Virus record (IMG/VR): IMGVR_UViG_3300045747_000527
Span: 1 to 64,000 of that record
Length of the DNA: 64,000 bases
Direction: 5' to 3' (one strand)
Source of the DNA: a virus
The notes beneath the pieces are model-generated. The model was given only the letters and a program-made list of their open reading frames with translations. It made no database searches and was not told where the DNA came from. The position numbers were made by a program, and so were the translations under genes. Each line of letters starts with the position of its first letter. Position 1 is the stretch's first letter. This document shows, in pieces, positions 47,301 to 54,575 of this stretch.

Positions 47301-47519
47301 CAGAGCAATCGTAGCCTGCACCGGCACGGTCCAGCTTTTCCCCTGAATCTTGGCTTCCTTCTGCGACCGGATATCATCCAGGTCCAGGTTGTCTGGGATG
47401 CTGATATCGTGAAGCTCAAGAGTTCGCGTGTTCCCTATGATGGGGAAGATGCTCTTGGTTGCCTCAGTTACCTTGTCCTTCAGTACGGTGAAACCAGTTT
47501 CTGGGTTTAGACGCGCCAT
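41340..47519 (-). CDS. rpoBC: DNA-directed RNA polymerase, single-chain beta-beta' fusion (2059 aa)
   Basis: beta motifs PFMGADHPNR..MAGRHMEQA and GDKLAGRHGNKG; beta' motifs KRDPVLH, NADFDGD (43329-43349), GARKG, GERSVQLAMKAFHTGG and a C-terminal 4-Cys zinc site. Confidence 0.95.
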   Translation of the reverse strand: MARLNPETGFTVLKDKVTEATKSIFPIIGNTRTLELHDISIPDNLDLDDIRSQKEAKIQGKSWTVPVQATIALKDNATGHVIEKKKIKLMDLPKSTRRLSHIIDGKEYQVDNQWRLKAGAYSMVKDDGSLETSFNTAGVKGRPFKLHFDPESKKFQMEYEGKHLPLAPMLQGLGIHPDELEKHWGKEIVDANAADANKTLSRFHEIATGQKAPNPETAQSVTQEVFQNTGSRPDVNQVTLGHPYANASGEAILAASNKLLGISRGTAKSDPRDSLMFKDLHSVEDFVAERVQNGAREITRKVKNTIDRPDRGIRDIIGPDVFNKSVRSLFTGNSGLANTPSQLNPLEMISNQMKTTIMGKGGISDFHVVSDDAKLVDPSHMGFMDPLHTSEGQDVGISLRMPVGISKRGHDITMRVYDTKTGKQTEITPSQVMRTKVVLPDQVTWAKGKPVAVAKNIRMSGVGNEIVSAPLHEADYVMLDPIQLFSTSTNMIPFMGADHPNRTTMAGRHMEQAISLKDREAPLVQSLAGKDSFERIVGAYASHNSQHDGVVTKIKKDGIIIEDVKGKKHEVQLYDNFPLNTDRVFIHSEPLVGVGDKVTKGQVVADTNYTKGGNLALGTNLRVAYMPYKGYNFEDGVVISETAAKKLSSEHLYRHEISRDTGHVLDKRKFRAYAPAALNKEQADKLDDDGVVREGHIVMPGDTLIAALQQKNENERREDADLSKLHKSIVKPFKDVSMKWEADHPGIVQEVSKTGHAVAVHVKTLQPMEVGDKLAGRHGNKGIVTKILADHEMPHTLDGRPTEILLNPAGVPGRTNLGQLLEVSAGKIAEKTGKTYFIKNFEPGVDLHQKVTDELKAHGLPDKEDIVDPTTGKVMGQVLVGPQHIVKLVHQVDKKMIARAGGPGYAYDSSMVPKGGGPHGAQSLGALGLYAMLAHGAVHNLREMYTMKSDAGQHDQFWHALQAGEMLPAPRPTFSYNKFMAYLKGVGVNVKKEGSNLTMVPMTDKQVLEQSNGEIKNPAKWVRAKNMVPEKDGLFDPRITGGLDGTMWSHMTLPEPFPNPLFAGATRTLLGMKGTTYTDLVAGRVAVDKTGKVVPVESPGAMVGGKAVNHLLGNISVDKALAAARLEIEKPALKGAKLDDANKTIKFLTALQRAKLTPQDAYMMSHVPILPPAMRPLSVSDGKRISEDDLNGLYKYIHLSSQKYKEMSPLIPDDDEAKVALREEIHDGLHALTGIGGYPKQVRRGILDIIAGKRVVDTETGEKSGAPKQGFFQSKLIQRKQDLTMRSTIVPEPSLGLDEVGIPKPAAIELYKPFIIKELRNLQGISPLAARAQIEKGGEMVDRALERVISDRPILVKRDPVLHKYSVQAFKPRIVSGRTIQIHPLVTSGFNADFDGDAMGAFVPVSAQAVTEARGMMPSHNLFSPSTGRVMYSPTHEMKLGLYGISKAGTDTGKSFKTIQEVETAVRKGEARLNDVITISGIKASVGRFLLAGALPEVMRKEVLTSTSVLNGKAQDALLDKLAREHKNEYGVVVNKLKDLGNAWSTQSSFSLGLSDVTPDRALRDKILAVADIEAKKGTGSAEKRDAHSIAAYTKATETMHAALDKMTDESSNLMTMHRAGVKPGMDTLRQIKMSPMLVMDAKGRVLPTPIRKSYAEGLDVSEYWTSVSGARKGAIQKVQSVSEPGYISKMVMNTTMDTLVKDNDCGTDKGISLDVDERDILDRYTAAPIKVGSRTLPAGTLITPEIKSTLRNNKVGKVVVRSPLRCLHGPGICQKCFGLDSDGHLPPVGTNIGILAGQALGERSVQLAMKAFHTGGSAASKSGLTDDFQQVQDLLNLPKVLPGSATLSAVTGKVEEIRKDPAGGHDVIVDGRRHYVPNSRGVPMYDGSPLKKGMDVKKGSAISGGPVNPHELLELTGIEHTQGHLAGALYDRYKSEGIRRRNAEVVVKAVTNLTEVLHPGSSTHFIRGDYAPTSQVVAHNRSLAVGQKPVLHKPLLKGVDMMPLEVQEDWMAKLNHERLHDTVIDAAQRGWTSHIHGPHPIPAIAYAAEFGRGKPGEY

Positions 47520-47566
47520 GTGCTCCTCGCGGTTGGTCTTCGGAGATTCTGCAAGCTCCTACAACT

Positions 47567-47581
47567 CCTACCAAAATACCA
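47567..47581 (-). promoter_or_regulatory. candidate late-promoter motif TGGTATTTTGGTAGG
   Basis: 12/15 identical to 54576-54590; both lie 48 nt upstream of the first start codon of a - strand operon. Confidence 0.45.
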
Positions 47582-47654
47582 GATTTTGGGGGCGCTAGGG
47601 AATGAAACCCTGCAAGAAGGCCCTCGCAGGCACTGAAAGCGCAGATCATAAGTG

Positions 47655-47662
47655 GGTATAAG
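47655..47662 (+). promoter_or_regulatory. GGTATAAG promoter-like motif
   Basis: Intergenic, divergent from the RNAP gene; CTGAAA 18 nt before TATAAG. Confidence 0.7.
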
Positions 47663-47712
47663 ACAGGTAGAGGACGAGAACAATACTCGTACCCAATCAA
47701 GGAGGCGCCAAC

Positions 47713-47838
47713 ATGTACCCGGAAAATGAAGATGCCAGTGGCCAAGACGATGACGAAATGGACGAGGAGCCGACGAATACAGGAGAGGCGCTAGAGGCGG
47801 ATTTCTTCCAGCAATTCGACAAGGACGACGCTGGATGA
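47713..47838 (+). CDS. very acidic 41-aa peptide (not in ORF track)
   Basis: AAGGAGG RBS; MYPENEDASGQDDDEMDEEPTNTGEALEADFFQQFDKDDAG* (16 D/E, 1 K). Confidence 0.65.
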   Translation: MYPENEDASGQDDDEMDEEPTNTGEALEADFFQQFDKDDAG

Positions 47839-47942
47839 GATTCTTTTGGATCTTCATGTTGTCTGTGCTGACAACAATGATCACAGAAATAATCTGTGAT
47901 CTGAACTGGGCGCGCGCACAGCGCGGTGACTCATGTTCATGA
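47835..47942 (+). CDS. small hydrophobic peptide (35 aa; not in ORF track)
   Basis: ATGA overlap; MRFFWIFMLSVLTTMITEIICDLNWARAQRGDSCS*. Confidence 0.45.
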   Translation: MRFFWIFMLSVLTTMITEIICDLNWARAQRGDSCS

Positions 47943-48421
47943 AGATCCTGTCCACAGAAGCCTTATGTATCTGTGGAAAGCGGCTCGGTGAGGACACACT
48001 CGTTCTCATCGAGTCCGGCCAAATGTTACCGAGCAAGAAAGATAATCGGTTCTTACGCTTTCACCCGGACTGGAGTCTGCCTGCAGACAAATGGAACGAA
48101 CCGGGTGACCCAGAGAGCGTGCTACGCAAGGTAGTGCACTTCGAGTGTCTCAGAGAACGCTTCAACATCACAGACAAGACCTGGAGGGGAGACCCACAGG
48201 TGAACGAGTGCCACATCTGTGACAGAAGCTTTCTCTCCTGTAAATGGGCTCATCGATACACGGTGGGCGAGATCGTAAATGGCATCTTCGAACAAGATCT
48301 AGAGATGCCTAATTGGAAGGGTATCGTGTGCAGCTTTTGCGCTGAGGTAATAGCGCAAGACCCGCCAGCGATACCAGAGATCAAACAACCCACGAGAGGG
48401 CAACTCTCGCTCTTCGAGTGA
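47933..48421 (+). CDS. Cys/His-rich (zinc-binding) hypothetical protein
   Basis: CICG, HFEC, CHIC, CSFC. Confidence 0.65.
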   Translation: MFMKILSTEALCICGKRLGEDTLVLIESGQMLPSKKDNRFLRFHPDWSLPADKWNEPGDPESVLRKVVHFECLRERFNITDKTWRGDPQVNECHICDRSFLSCKWAHRYTVGEIVNGIFEQDLEMPNWKGIVCSFCAEVIAQDPPAIPEIKQPTRGQLSLFE

Positions 48422-48438
48422 CACAGAAAGGAGGCCGC

Positions 48439-48846
48439 ATGTCTAATCAACCGGAACGGAAACCCTTCCCAGCTAGTCCCCCACCAGAGTTACGTTTCTT
48501 CAGGGCAAGTCCGGCGGCCTCCGAGGTCGTCAAACAGAACTTCCTAGACCTAGTACACAAAGAAACAGATCTGACCATAAACGCATTCCTCAGGCTCCAA
48601 AGCCTAGAACAGAGGCTGGTCTACTGGGTAAACGTGGAGGTAGCTCTCGGCAAGTCAGAACACCCGACGTACTACTGGTACCCACGGGACAAAGCCAAAA
48701 AGCTGGTAGAGGAAACGAAGCTATCCCCAGACTACATAACGTACAGGCTGATCAGAGAAGCCATGCAGAACACCAACGAGGCCGGGCATGAGGATTTCCG
48801 CCGGCTCGTCGAGCTGATGTTCAACCCACAGAAGTGTACTCGGTAA
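48439..48846 (+). CDS. hypothetical protein
   Basis: Start MSNQPER after AAAGGAGG; ends tail-to-tail with the portal gene. Confidence 0.65.
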   Translation: MSNQPERKPFPASPPPELRFFRASPAASEVVKQNFLDLVHKETDLTINAFLRLQSLEQRLVYWVNVEVALGKSEHPTYYWYPRDKAKKLVEETKLSPDYITYRLIREAMQNTNEAGHEDFRRLVELMFNPQKCTR

Positions 48847-50862
48847 CTAAACCAGCGCGGCCTCTACACCGCGTCTCGGAGCTCTCTGCTGTGGCAGGGG
48901 TCTCGCTGAGGCGGAAGAGGCTGCGCTGGGGCCGTTACCCCCACTTGCCATTAGCCCTAGTACGGCGCTGTAAAGCTCCGGGCTCGCTGTCTGCAGACGC
49001 CCCAGCACCTCCTGTCGGTTACCCATAGGCACCTGGGCCACTCTGTCCGCCAGCTTACGTGCTGTCACCAAGAGCTGAGCGTCAGCTCCTGACCCGCCGG
49101 AAGGTGCACTCTGGAGTTCGAGCGGAGACTTCACAGCCTTGGGCATATCTAGGACTGTGGGGTCCCGCGGCGTAGGCTGCAGGTCCGGGTTCTCTGGCTG
49201 TGGCTGCCCAGTCTGAGCTGCCATCTGGTGATCCATGATGTCCTTCTGGACCTCAGCCTGGAACGCACCCTGATCTTTGTTGGCCTCATTCTGCAGAGCC
49301 AACTGTTCAGCCATCGCCTTATTCTGCGCCTTGGTCTGCCACTTCGAGGTAACCATCGCAGCCTCGCCTTCGATGTCTGCCTGAAGCAAACGCTGCTTCT
49401 TGGTGACGTTCGCGCGACGAGCCGTTTCCATCTCCAGAATCTTGTCCTCTTTCTGAGAATCAAGATCTGCGTCTGCCAGCAAAGTTTCGTCAGACACCTT
49501 GCCTGCTTGTGCGAGCTGGAAGAGGTACGCCTTGCGCTGAAGATCGTCCGCCATCTTGAAAGGCTTGAACCGGGCACGAACCGGGGCCCACCCCAAGTAG
49601 GAAGATGTGCGCTCAATGATCCAATGGAGCAGCGTCTTGTGGTCTGTCAGATAGCCAAGGTGCATGTTCTCCAACATGCGCATGCTGACGTTGGAGCCGC
49701 TGTACGAGAGACCACCAAAGATCAGCTCTACAGGCACGCCCATGCCCGCGATGATGTGCTCCGACCACACACGAATCTCCTGGCTAAGGAGCATCGCCCG
49801 GCCGTCACCACCGATGGTCTGCTGCCCGATGGGCAGAGACATGATCGGAATATAGTTGTTATCCGCACGCCACTGCCGAATCTCCTGTGCCACCTGATCT
49901 CGCCAGTCAGCCAGGTTCACGCTGGAGTACGGGTCAGACGAGGCAGAGCCAGCCTGCGGGAACAACACGCGCAAAGGAACGATGTGCTCCATCGCGATGC
50001 TCTCCTGTGCCTTGCGAAGAATCTGCAGGTAGAAGGTGTCCTTCAGTACCGGCAAGATCATAGGCGTTCCCCAGCCGCGGTCCTTGCCCGCGAGAGTTGG
50101 ACGCTTGAAGTGGAAGATATTGTCTCGGCTGAAGACGACTGCTTTCTTTAGCCTAAGCGCCTCGATGAACAGCTGTGGCACCGTCTCAACCGCGGACTTC
50201 TTGCCGATAATGACGTCGTTCTTCAGCTGCACCGGGATGGTGTAGTAGTACTCGTACTCGCCGTTGATGTCATTGTACCGAATGTCCACGTCCTCCGGGT
50301 TCCACCGGATAAGCCGGATACCCTTCGCCGCCTTGACGTAGTGGTCCCGCACCTTGCACGGCCCCATCTCGCCGCACTTCGGGCAGTTCCAGTGGAACTC
50401 GAAGTTCATGAACCGGTAATCTGCGTGAGCCGCTTCCTTCTCGTAGTTGCAGTTCTTGCAGATTAAGATCTTAACGAACGGGTAAAAGATGCTGACCAGA
50501 GCGTTGCCGTAGACGTAGTAGTCCAGGCCAACCTCTATCTGAAACGCACGGTAGCGCAGCTGCTCACCCAGGAAGGCAGACCACCGCTCTTTGTGCTCCA
50601 GCCTGTCCGTATCCAGGATGATATCTGTGACTGGGTACTCGGCCATCTTGGAGGCCACTGTGTTGATCAGCGGGTTGACCAAGAAATAGTACCGACACCA
50701 CCGGAACATCTGCTTGACGGTGGCCGGCAGGTACGTCTGACCAATGTCAAAGAATGGACTCGGGTATTGGAGACCCTGGTCGCCCGAGCCCCCGATGCGT
50801 CCGCGAGTACGAGAGAACCTAAGTGCGGAGGACGCGAGGTCCCCAGAACCCATGAGGGCCAT
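48847..50862 (-). CDS. portal protein
   Basis: WCRYYFLVNPLINTVASKMAEYP, YYVYGNA, IFHFKR...WG.PMI, IIAGMGVPVELIFGG.SYSG portal-type motifs; 671 aa. Confidence 0.8.
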   Translation of the reverse strand: MALMGSGDLASSALRFSRTRGRIGGSGDQGLQYPSPFFDIGQTYLPATVKQMFRWCRYYFLVNPLINTVASKMAEYPVTDIILDTDRLEHKERWSAFLGEQLRYRAFQIEVGLDYYVYGNALVSIFYPFVKILICKNCNYEKEAAHADYRFMNFEFHWNCPKCGEMGPCKVRDHYVKAAKGIRLIRWNPEDVDIRYNDINGEYEYYYTIPVQLKNDVIIGKKSAVETVPQLFIEALRLKKAVVFSRDNIFHFKRPTLAGKDRGWGTPMILPVLKDTFYLQILRKAQESIAMEHIVPLRVLFPQAGSASSDPYSSVNLADWRDQVAQEIRQWRADNNYIPIMSLPIGQQTIGGDGRAMLLSQEIRVWSEHIIAGMGVPVELIFGGLSYSGSNVSMRMLENMHLGYLTDHKTLLHWIIERTSSYLGWAPVRARFKPFKMADDLQRKAYLFQLAQAGKVSDETLLADADLDSQKEDKILEMETARRANVTKKQRLLQADIEGEAAMVTSKWQTKAQNKAMAEQLALQNEANKDQGAFQAEVQKDIMDHQMAAQTGQPQPENPDLQPTPRDPTVLDMPKAVKSPLELQSAPSGGSGADAQLLVTARKLADRVAQVPMGNRQEVLGRLQTASPELYSAVLGLMASGGNGPSAASSASARPLPQQRAPRRGVEAALV

Positions 50863-51744
50863 TTACCACGCTCCTGGCTCTGCCGCAGGCGGCGGGGCCA
50901 TCTGTTGTACTGGTTGCTGCGGAGGCTGGAGAGAGGGCTTTGCCCGTGAGAACGTACGGTCTGCCAAGCGGCCTAGTCTATTGCCCGCGACGCCCATAAC
51001 GCCGCTTACTGCCAAGCTTGGGAGCACACCTGACGGGGCGACAAGGTTTCCTACCAAAGAGCCGGCGGAACCCAGAATACGCTCAGCCTTACCTGGGCCG
51101 CCCTCCTCTGTGGGTAGGACGGCCTGATGAACGGTGTCTGCCGCCTGGAGTCCAGTAACCGTTTTGCCGAGCCAGTCCATCCGGTTCCAGGCGTTCCCGA
51201 GCATGCGCTTTGGATCTCGCACCATGCCCTTAGCCACACCAGGGATAGTGTTCCACCCCTCAGCGTGTGCGAGATTATCCGCTGAAGTTGGTGTCTTGCC
51301 GAGCAGACCGACTTGCTTTGCTGACTTCAGGTCCATCCGGCTCACGTTCGGGGCACTGCCGGTAAACTGATAGCGTGTGCGCGTACCAAAATTCTGGAGG
51401 CTGCTCTTGGCCGCTGCACGCCCACCCTTAGTCGCGAGAGCTCCGACACCCACAGCACCTGCTCCCAGCAGAGCACCCTGGGCGATGTTGCCGATGCGGC
51501 TTCGACGATGTAGGCCGCCCTGGTCATCCTCCTCATACCCTGGCTGCCGAAGCCCGCCAAGCACCCCGCCAGCGCCCGCACCCATCAGCATCTGGGTGCC
51601 ATACCGCCCGCGGATGAGAGAGCGCGCAGCACCCAACGACGTGGGTATGCTGTGCTTGCCCGCGAATTCCGCGGCAGCACTTCCCAAGCCGCTGGTCTTC
51701 TCAAGCTCGGCCACCAGCGCGTCCATGCTCTGTATTGTGATCAT
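50863..51744 (-). CDS. Gly-rich putative head-internal protein with AELEKTS N-terminus
   Basis: MITIQSMDALVAELEKTSG; several glycine-zipper-like segments. Confidence 0.6.
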   Translation of the reverse strand: MITIQSMDALVAELEKTSGLGSAAAEFAGKHSIPTSLGAARSLIRGRYGTQMLMGAGAGGVLGGLRQPGYEEDDQGGLHRRSRIGNIAQGALLGAGAVGVGALATKGGRAAAKSSLQNFGTRTRYQFTGSAPNVSRMDLKSAKQVGLLGKTPTSADNLAHAEGWNTIPGVAKGMVRDPKRMLGNAWNRMDWLGKTVTGLQAADTVHQAVLPTEEGGPGKAERILGSAGSLVGNLVAPSGVLPSLAVSGVMGVAGNRLGRLADRTFSRAKPSLQPPQQPVQQMAPPPAAEPGAW

Positions 51745-51752
51745 AGCTACCT

Positions 51753-52514
51753 CTACGTCAGCAGCAGTAGTTGTTCTTTGAGCTGCTCCCGACGCTTAGT
51801 CAGATAGTCCCACGCCACCTTCAATTTTGCTACCTGTACATCCACAGCATTTTCCTGCAGGTCCAGAGAGGCCCCACCACGCAGCTGGAGATACCTGGTC
51901 TGGGTCTCATGTACAATGGACGCGTAATCTTCCACCGGCCTGGAGGCCGCGTACAAATCAATGTCTGGCTGACAGAACTTCAGCTCGTCCGGGGCGTACA
52001 GAACACCTTCATCCAAAATACTGGCTGCGACGTACCCCTGCACCTCGGGGGAGAAGACCTCATCGGCACGGACCAAAGTAGCAACGTCAACGGCGTTCAG
52101 CAGCTGGCCGATAGACGGCTTCTGCATGGTCTGCCAGTCGGGAATGTTGTTGTTCAACGCCTGAGAGATCCAACCGAACACTTCCCACTCTGTCCAGAAA
52201 CTCTCTGAGATGTGCAAGGTCTTGATCGCTTGAATCTTCGTCTTGGCATGGTCAGAGATGGAGGGCACCTTGAAGTCCCGTAAAATCTCAGACCACAGAG
52301 TAGCTGCCTCCCACTCGAACCAATCCACGCCGTACTCTTTGAGCAAGGCCACGTCGTACACCACAGGGTGGGTGTCGTGATGTACGAACAGTGTTTTCCG
52401 CGTGACAGGAGACGCCTTCCACCCTGTTGCAGGCGGAGGCGTGGCCTCCACTATTGGGGCAGGCCGCTGGCCTATACCTTCCAGTACGGTCAGCAGGTCT
52501 GCCCCGTGGTCCAT
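51753..52514 (-). CDS. hypothetical protein of the head module
   Basis: 253-aa ORF in the portal operon. Confidence 0.7.
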   Translation of the reverse strand: MDHGADLLTVLEGIGQRPAPIVEATPPPATGWKASPVTRKTLFVHHDTHPVVYDVALLKEYGVDWFEWEAATLWSEILRDFKVPSISDHAKTKIQAIKTLHISESFWTEWEVFGWISQALNNNIPDWQTMQKPSIGQLLNAVDVATLVRADEVFSPEVQGYVAASILDEGVLYAPDELKFCQPDIDLYAASRPVEDYASIVHETQTRYLQLRGGASLDLQENAVDVQVAKLKVAWDYLTKRREQLKEQLLLLT

Positions 52515-52518
52515 CTGG

Positions 52519-53286
52519 TTAGGCAGCCAGCGTGACGTTGACAGAGGACGTCAGCACACCATTGGACGAAATACGGATCGGCACGGTATCTGCCGCCGCG
52601 CAAGCTGGAGTCTGCCCCGTGAGAGCAGGCACCGTGACCTTGACGCCTGTGTCCGTCCAGGACGCTGCGCCAGCGGTACCTGTCGTGTTGAACGGCAAGC
52701 ACTCGGTGTTGGACGCCGTGACTTTGTTCCCAGCGTAGTAGCCTACGCCACCAGCCAGCGGAGTCTTGGCGACTGCAGCAACGTACTTACCGAGGCTGCC
52801 CGAGGCTGCCCGAATGATTCCGCGACAAGCCGAGGCATCCGCGTTGACTGCCGTGGCAATCGCGTCGTCCGTGCTACCGCCAGTAGCCAACGTGATCGTA
52901 AGGGTGTTGTTCGCAAACGCGATTATGAGCGAGGAGCCCGTCGCGACTACAACCGAAAGACCACTATCACCTGGCTTCAGCGCCGTAAACGTGACGGAGC
53001 CCAACCCAGTAGTGGGCGTAGCGTCCACCAGGGCGAGGCTGTCAAACGTCTGCCCTTGCAGCAAACGCAAACCATTCAGCTGCACTGCTGCGCCAGCCGC
53101 AGAAACAGCAGGTCCCTTGACCTGAATCAGCTCTGGAAATGCCACTCGGCCTTCCGCTGCCTTGAACCCCGCATCTACGTCTTTGCGAAGGTCATCCACA
53201 GCGCCGGGTACTCCTCCATGGCCCGCGGTCAGGTGTTCGTTGGCGGCCTTCTGTGGCCCGAATGAAACAGATTTCAACATTTGCAT
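52519..53286 (-). CDS. beta-rich virion structural protein (decoration/fibre-like)
   Basis: Thr/Ala/Gly/Val-rich; AAGGAG RBS. Confidence 0.6.
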   Translation of the reverse strand: MQMLKSVSFGPQKAANEHLTAGHGGVPGAVDDLRKDVDAGFKAAEGRVAFPELIQVKGPAVSAAGAAVQLNGLRLLQGQTFDSLALVDATPTTGLGSVTFTALKPGDSGLSVVVATGSSLIIAFANNTLTITLATGGSTDDAIATAVNADASACRGIIRAASGSLGKYVAAVAKTPLAGGVGYYAGNKVTASNTECLPFNTTGTAGAASWTDTGVKVTVPALTGQTPACAAADTVPIRISSNGVLTSSVNVTLAA

Positions 53287-53316
53287 CTCCTTGTTTGATC
53301 AGCCAGTGAAGGCCAG

Positions 53317-54528
53317 TTAGGGCTGCGTATCCTGCAGAATGTGGCAGACAATACGCTTGGTATCCAGTGGAAGGGACCCGAATACCTCAATTGGTTTCTT
53401 CGCGAGTTCACTCGCCAGCTCCCCACCAAACCTGGCCTTTATCTGGTGGATCTTCCCGCTGTCATTTACGCCGTTTCTGAGAACGTCTTCCTTCAGGACG
53501 TCGGGCCCCTCCACCCAACTCCATTCCGCTCTCTTCTCGAAACCGAACGTAGACGAGACAGGGTCAACGACCTCACTGTCCCACCGTAGGTTCAGCCCGG
53601 TAGCTTCATCGAACTGCTTCAACGCCTCACAGAAAACCTCTGGAGATACGCTGGCGTACTTGCCCATCAAGCCATCCAGCAAAGTCTTCTCGGGGTCTCC
53701 GTTCGACCAGAACTGCATACGGGTTGCCACAGCAGCGTGAACATCATCCCGCTCCGCGAATTTGGTGCCCGCGTACTTACGGATGTTATCCGTCACGCTG
53801 ATACCAAGCACGTCTGCCCGAGCCGCCAGCTTCGTGCAGTACTCTCGTCTCTCGTCTGGATGAAGTGTACGCTGGTTCTCTTCGAACCACCGGTTAGCCG
53901 TGAGAACGTCACCGTAACTGTCCAGAGGGAACCGGCCATGCCCCTCCTTGACCAGCGCAAAAATCGGAGCCGCCGCTAGCTTCTGACAAAACGCCTCGAC
54001 CACACCTACCGGCTCTGATACTCCCGTGATATCCACGTACCGGCTCGCCAGCTTCTTCGTGTCACTGGATGCGGGCACGGACTCATCCGCAGTACCCGAA
54101 GCATGATCATTACCTGGATGGCTTGCCTGCATCGGCATGACCTCTGTCCCGGTAAGATCTGCTTTCTTTTGCGTCTTGGCTGCGGCCTTGAGCAGAAGAG
54201 GGGGCTCTACCCCGAACGCCTCACAAGCCACGCACAGGTTGGTGGCGGCAACGTACTGTGCTTCCTTCGTCAGCTTGCCCTGGTTGTCCAGAAAATAGAT
54301 CACGGACAACGCCGTGTTCCCCTGATCGACACATGCGTACTTCCGCAGCTTCTTCCCCTGGTCAACCAGAACCAGAGCGAACGCGTCATCTGGCAGAGAC
54401 GCCAGCTTCTCCGGAGTCACGCACTCCGCAGCTCGAACGTAGTCCGGCACCTGAGCCGCAGCCAGCTTCCTCTTCAGCACCAAACCCGTAGGGTCATCGT
54501 AGAAATCAAGGATCTCGCCAGTGTTCAT
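53317..54528 (-). CDS. putative head assembly protein, first gene of the late block
   Basis: 403 aa; KLAA x2, KAAA, KLAS, EKRA motifs. Confidence 0.65.
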   Translation of the reverse strand: MNTGEILDFYDDPTGLVLKRKLAAAQVPDYVRAAECVTPEKLASLPDDAFALVLVDQGKKLRKYACVDQGNTALSVIYFLDNQGKLTKEAQYVAATNLCVACEAFGVEPPLLLKAAAKTQKKADLTGTEVMPMQASHPGNDHASGTADESVPASSDTKKLASRYVDITGVSEPVGVVEAFCQKLAAAPIFALVKEGHGRFPLDSYGDVLTANRWFEENQRTLHPDERREYCTKLAARADVLGISVTDNIRKYAGTKFAERDDVHAAVATRMQFWSNGDPEKTLLDGLMGKYASVSPEVFCEALKQFDEATGLNLRWDSEVVDPVSSTFGFEKRAEWSWVEGPDVLKEDVLRNGVNDSGKIHQIKARFGGELASELAKKPIEVFGSLPLDTKRIVCHILQDTQP

Positions 54529-54575
54529 TGGCTGCTCCGCCTCGTTGTTGCCATGTGTCTAAAGTCGCCCAAACG

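Noticed and set aside
52013-52023. GTATTTT cores inside genes (also near 12438)
   Set aside because: They are within coding sequence and match the 15-nt late motif poorly.
13483-53265. Long opposite-strand ORFs in the track (for example 13483..14532, 17526..18383, 25641..26738, 30889..31728, 38400..39338, 49228..50151, 52402..53265)
   Set aside because: They are antisense shadows of well-supported genes in high-GC sequence, with no RBS or recognisable motifs.
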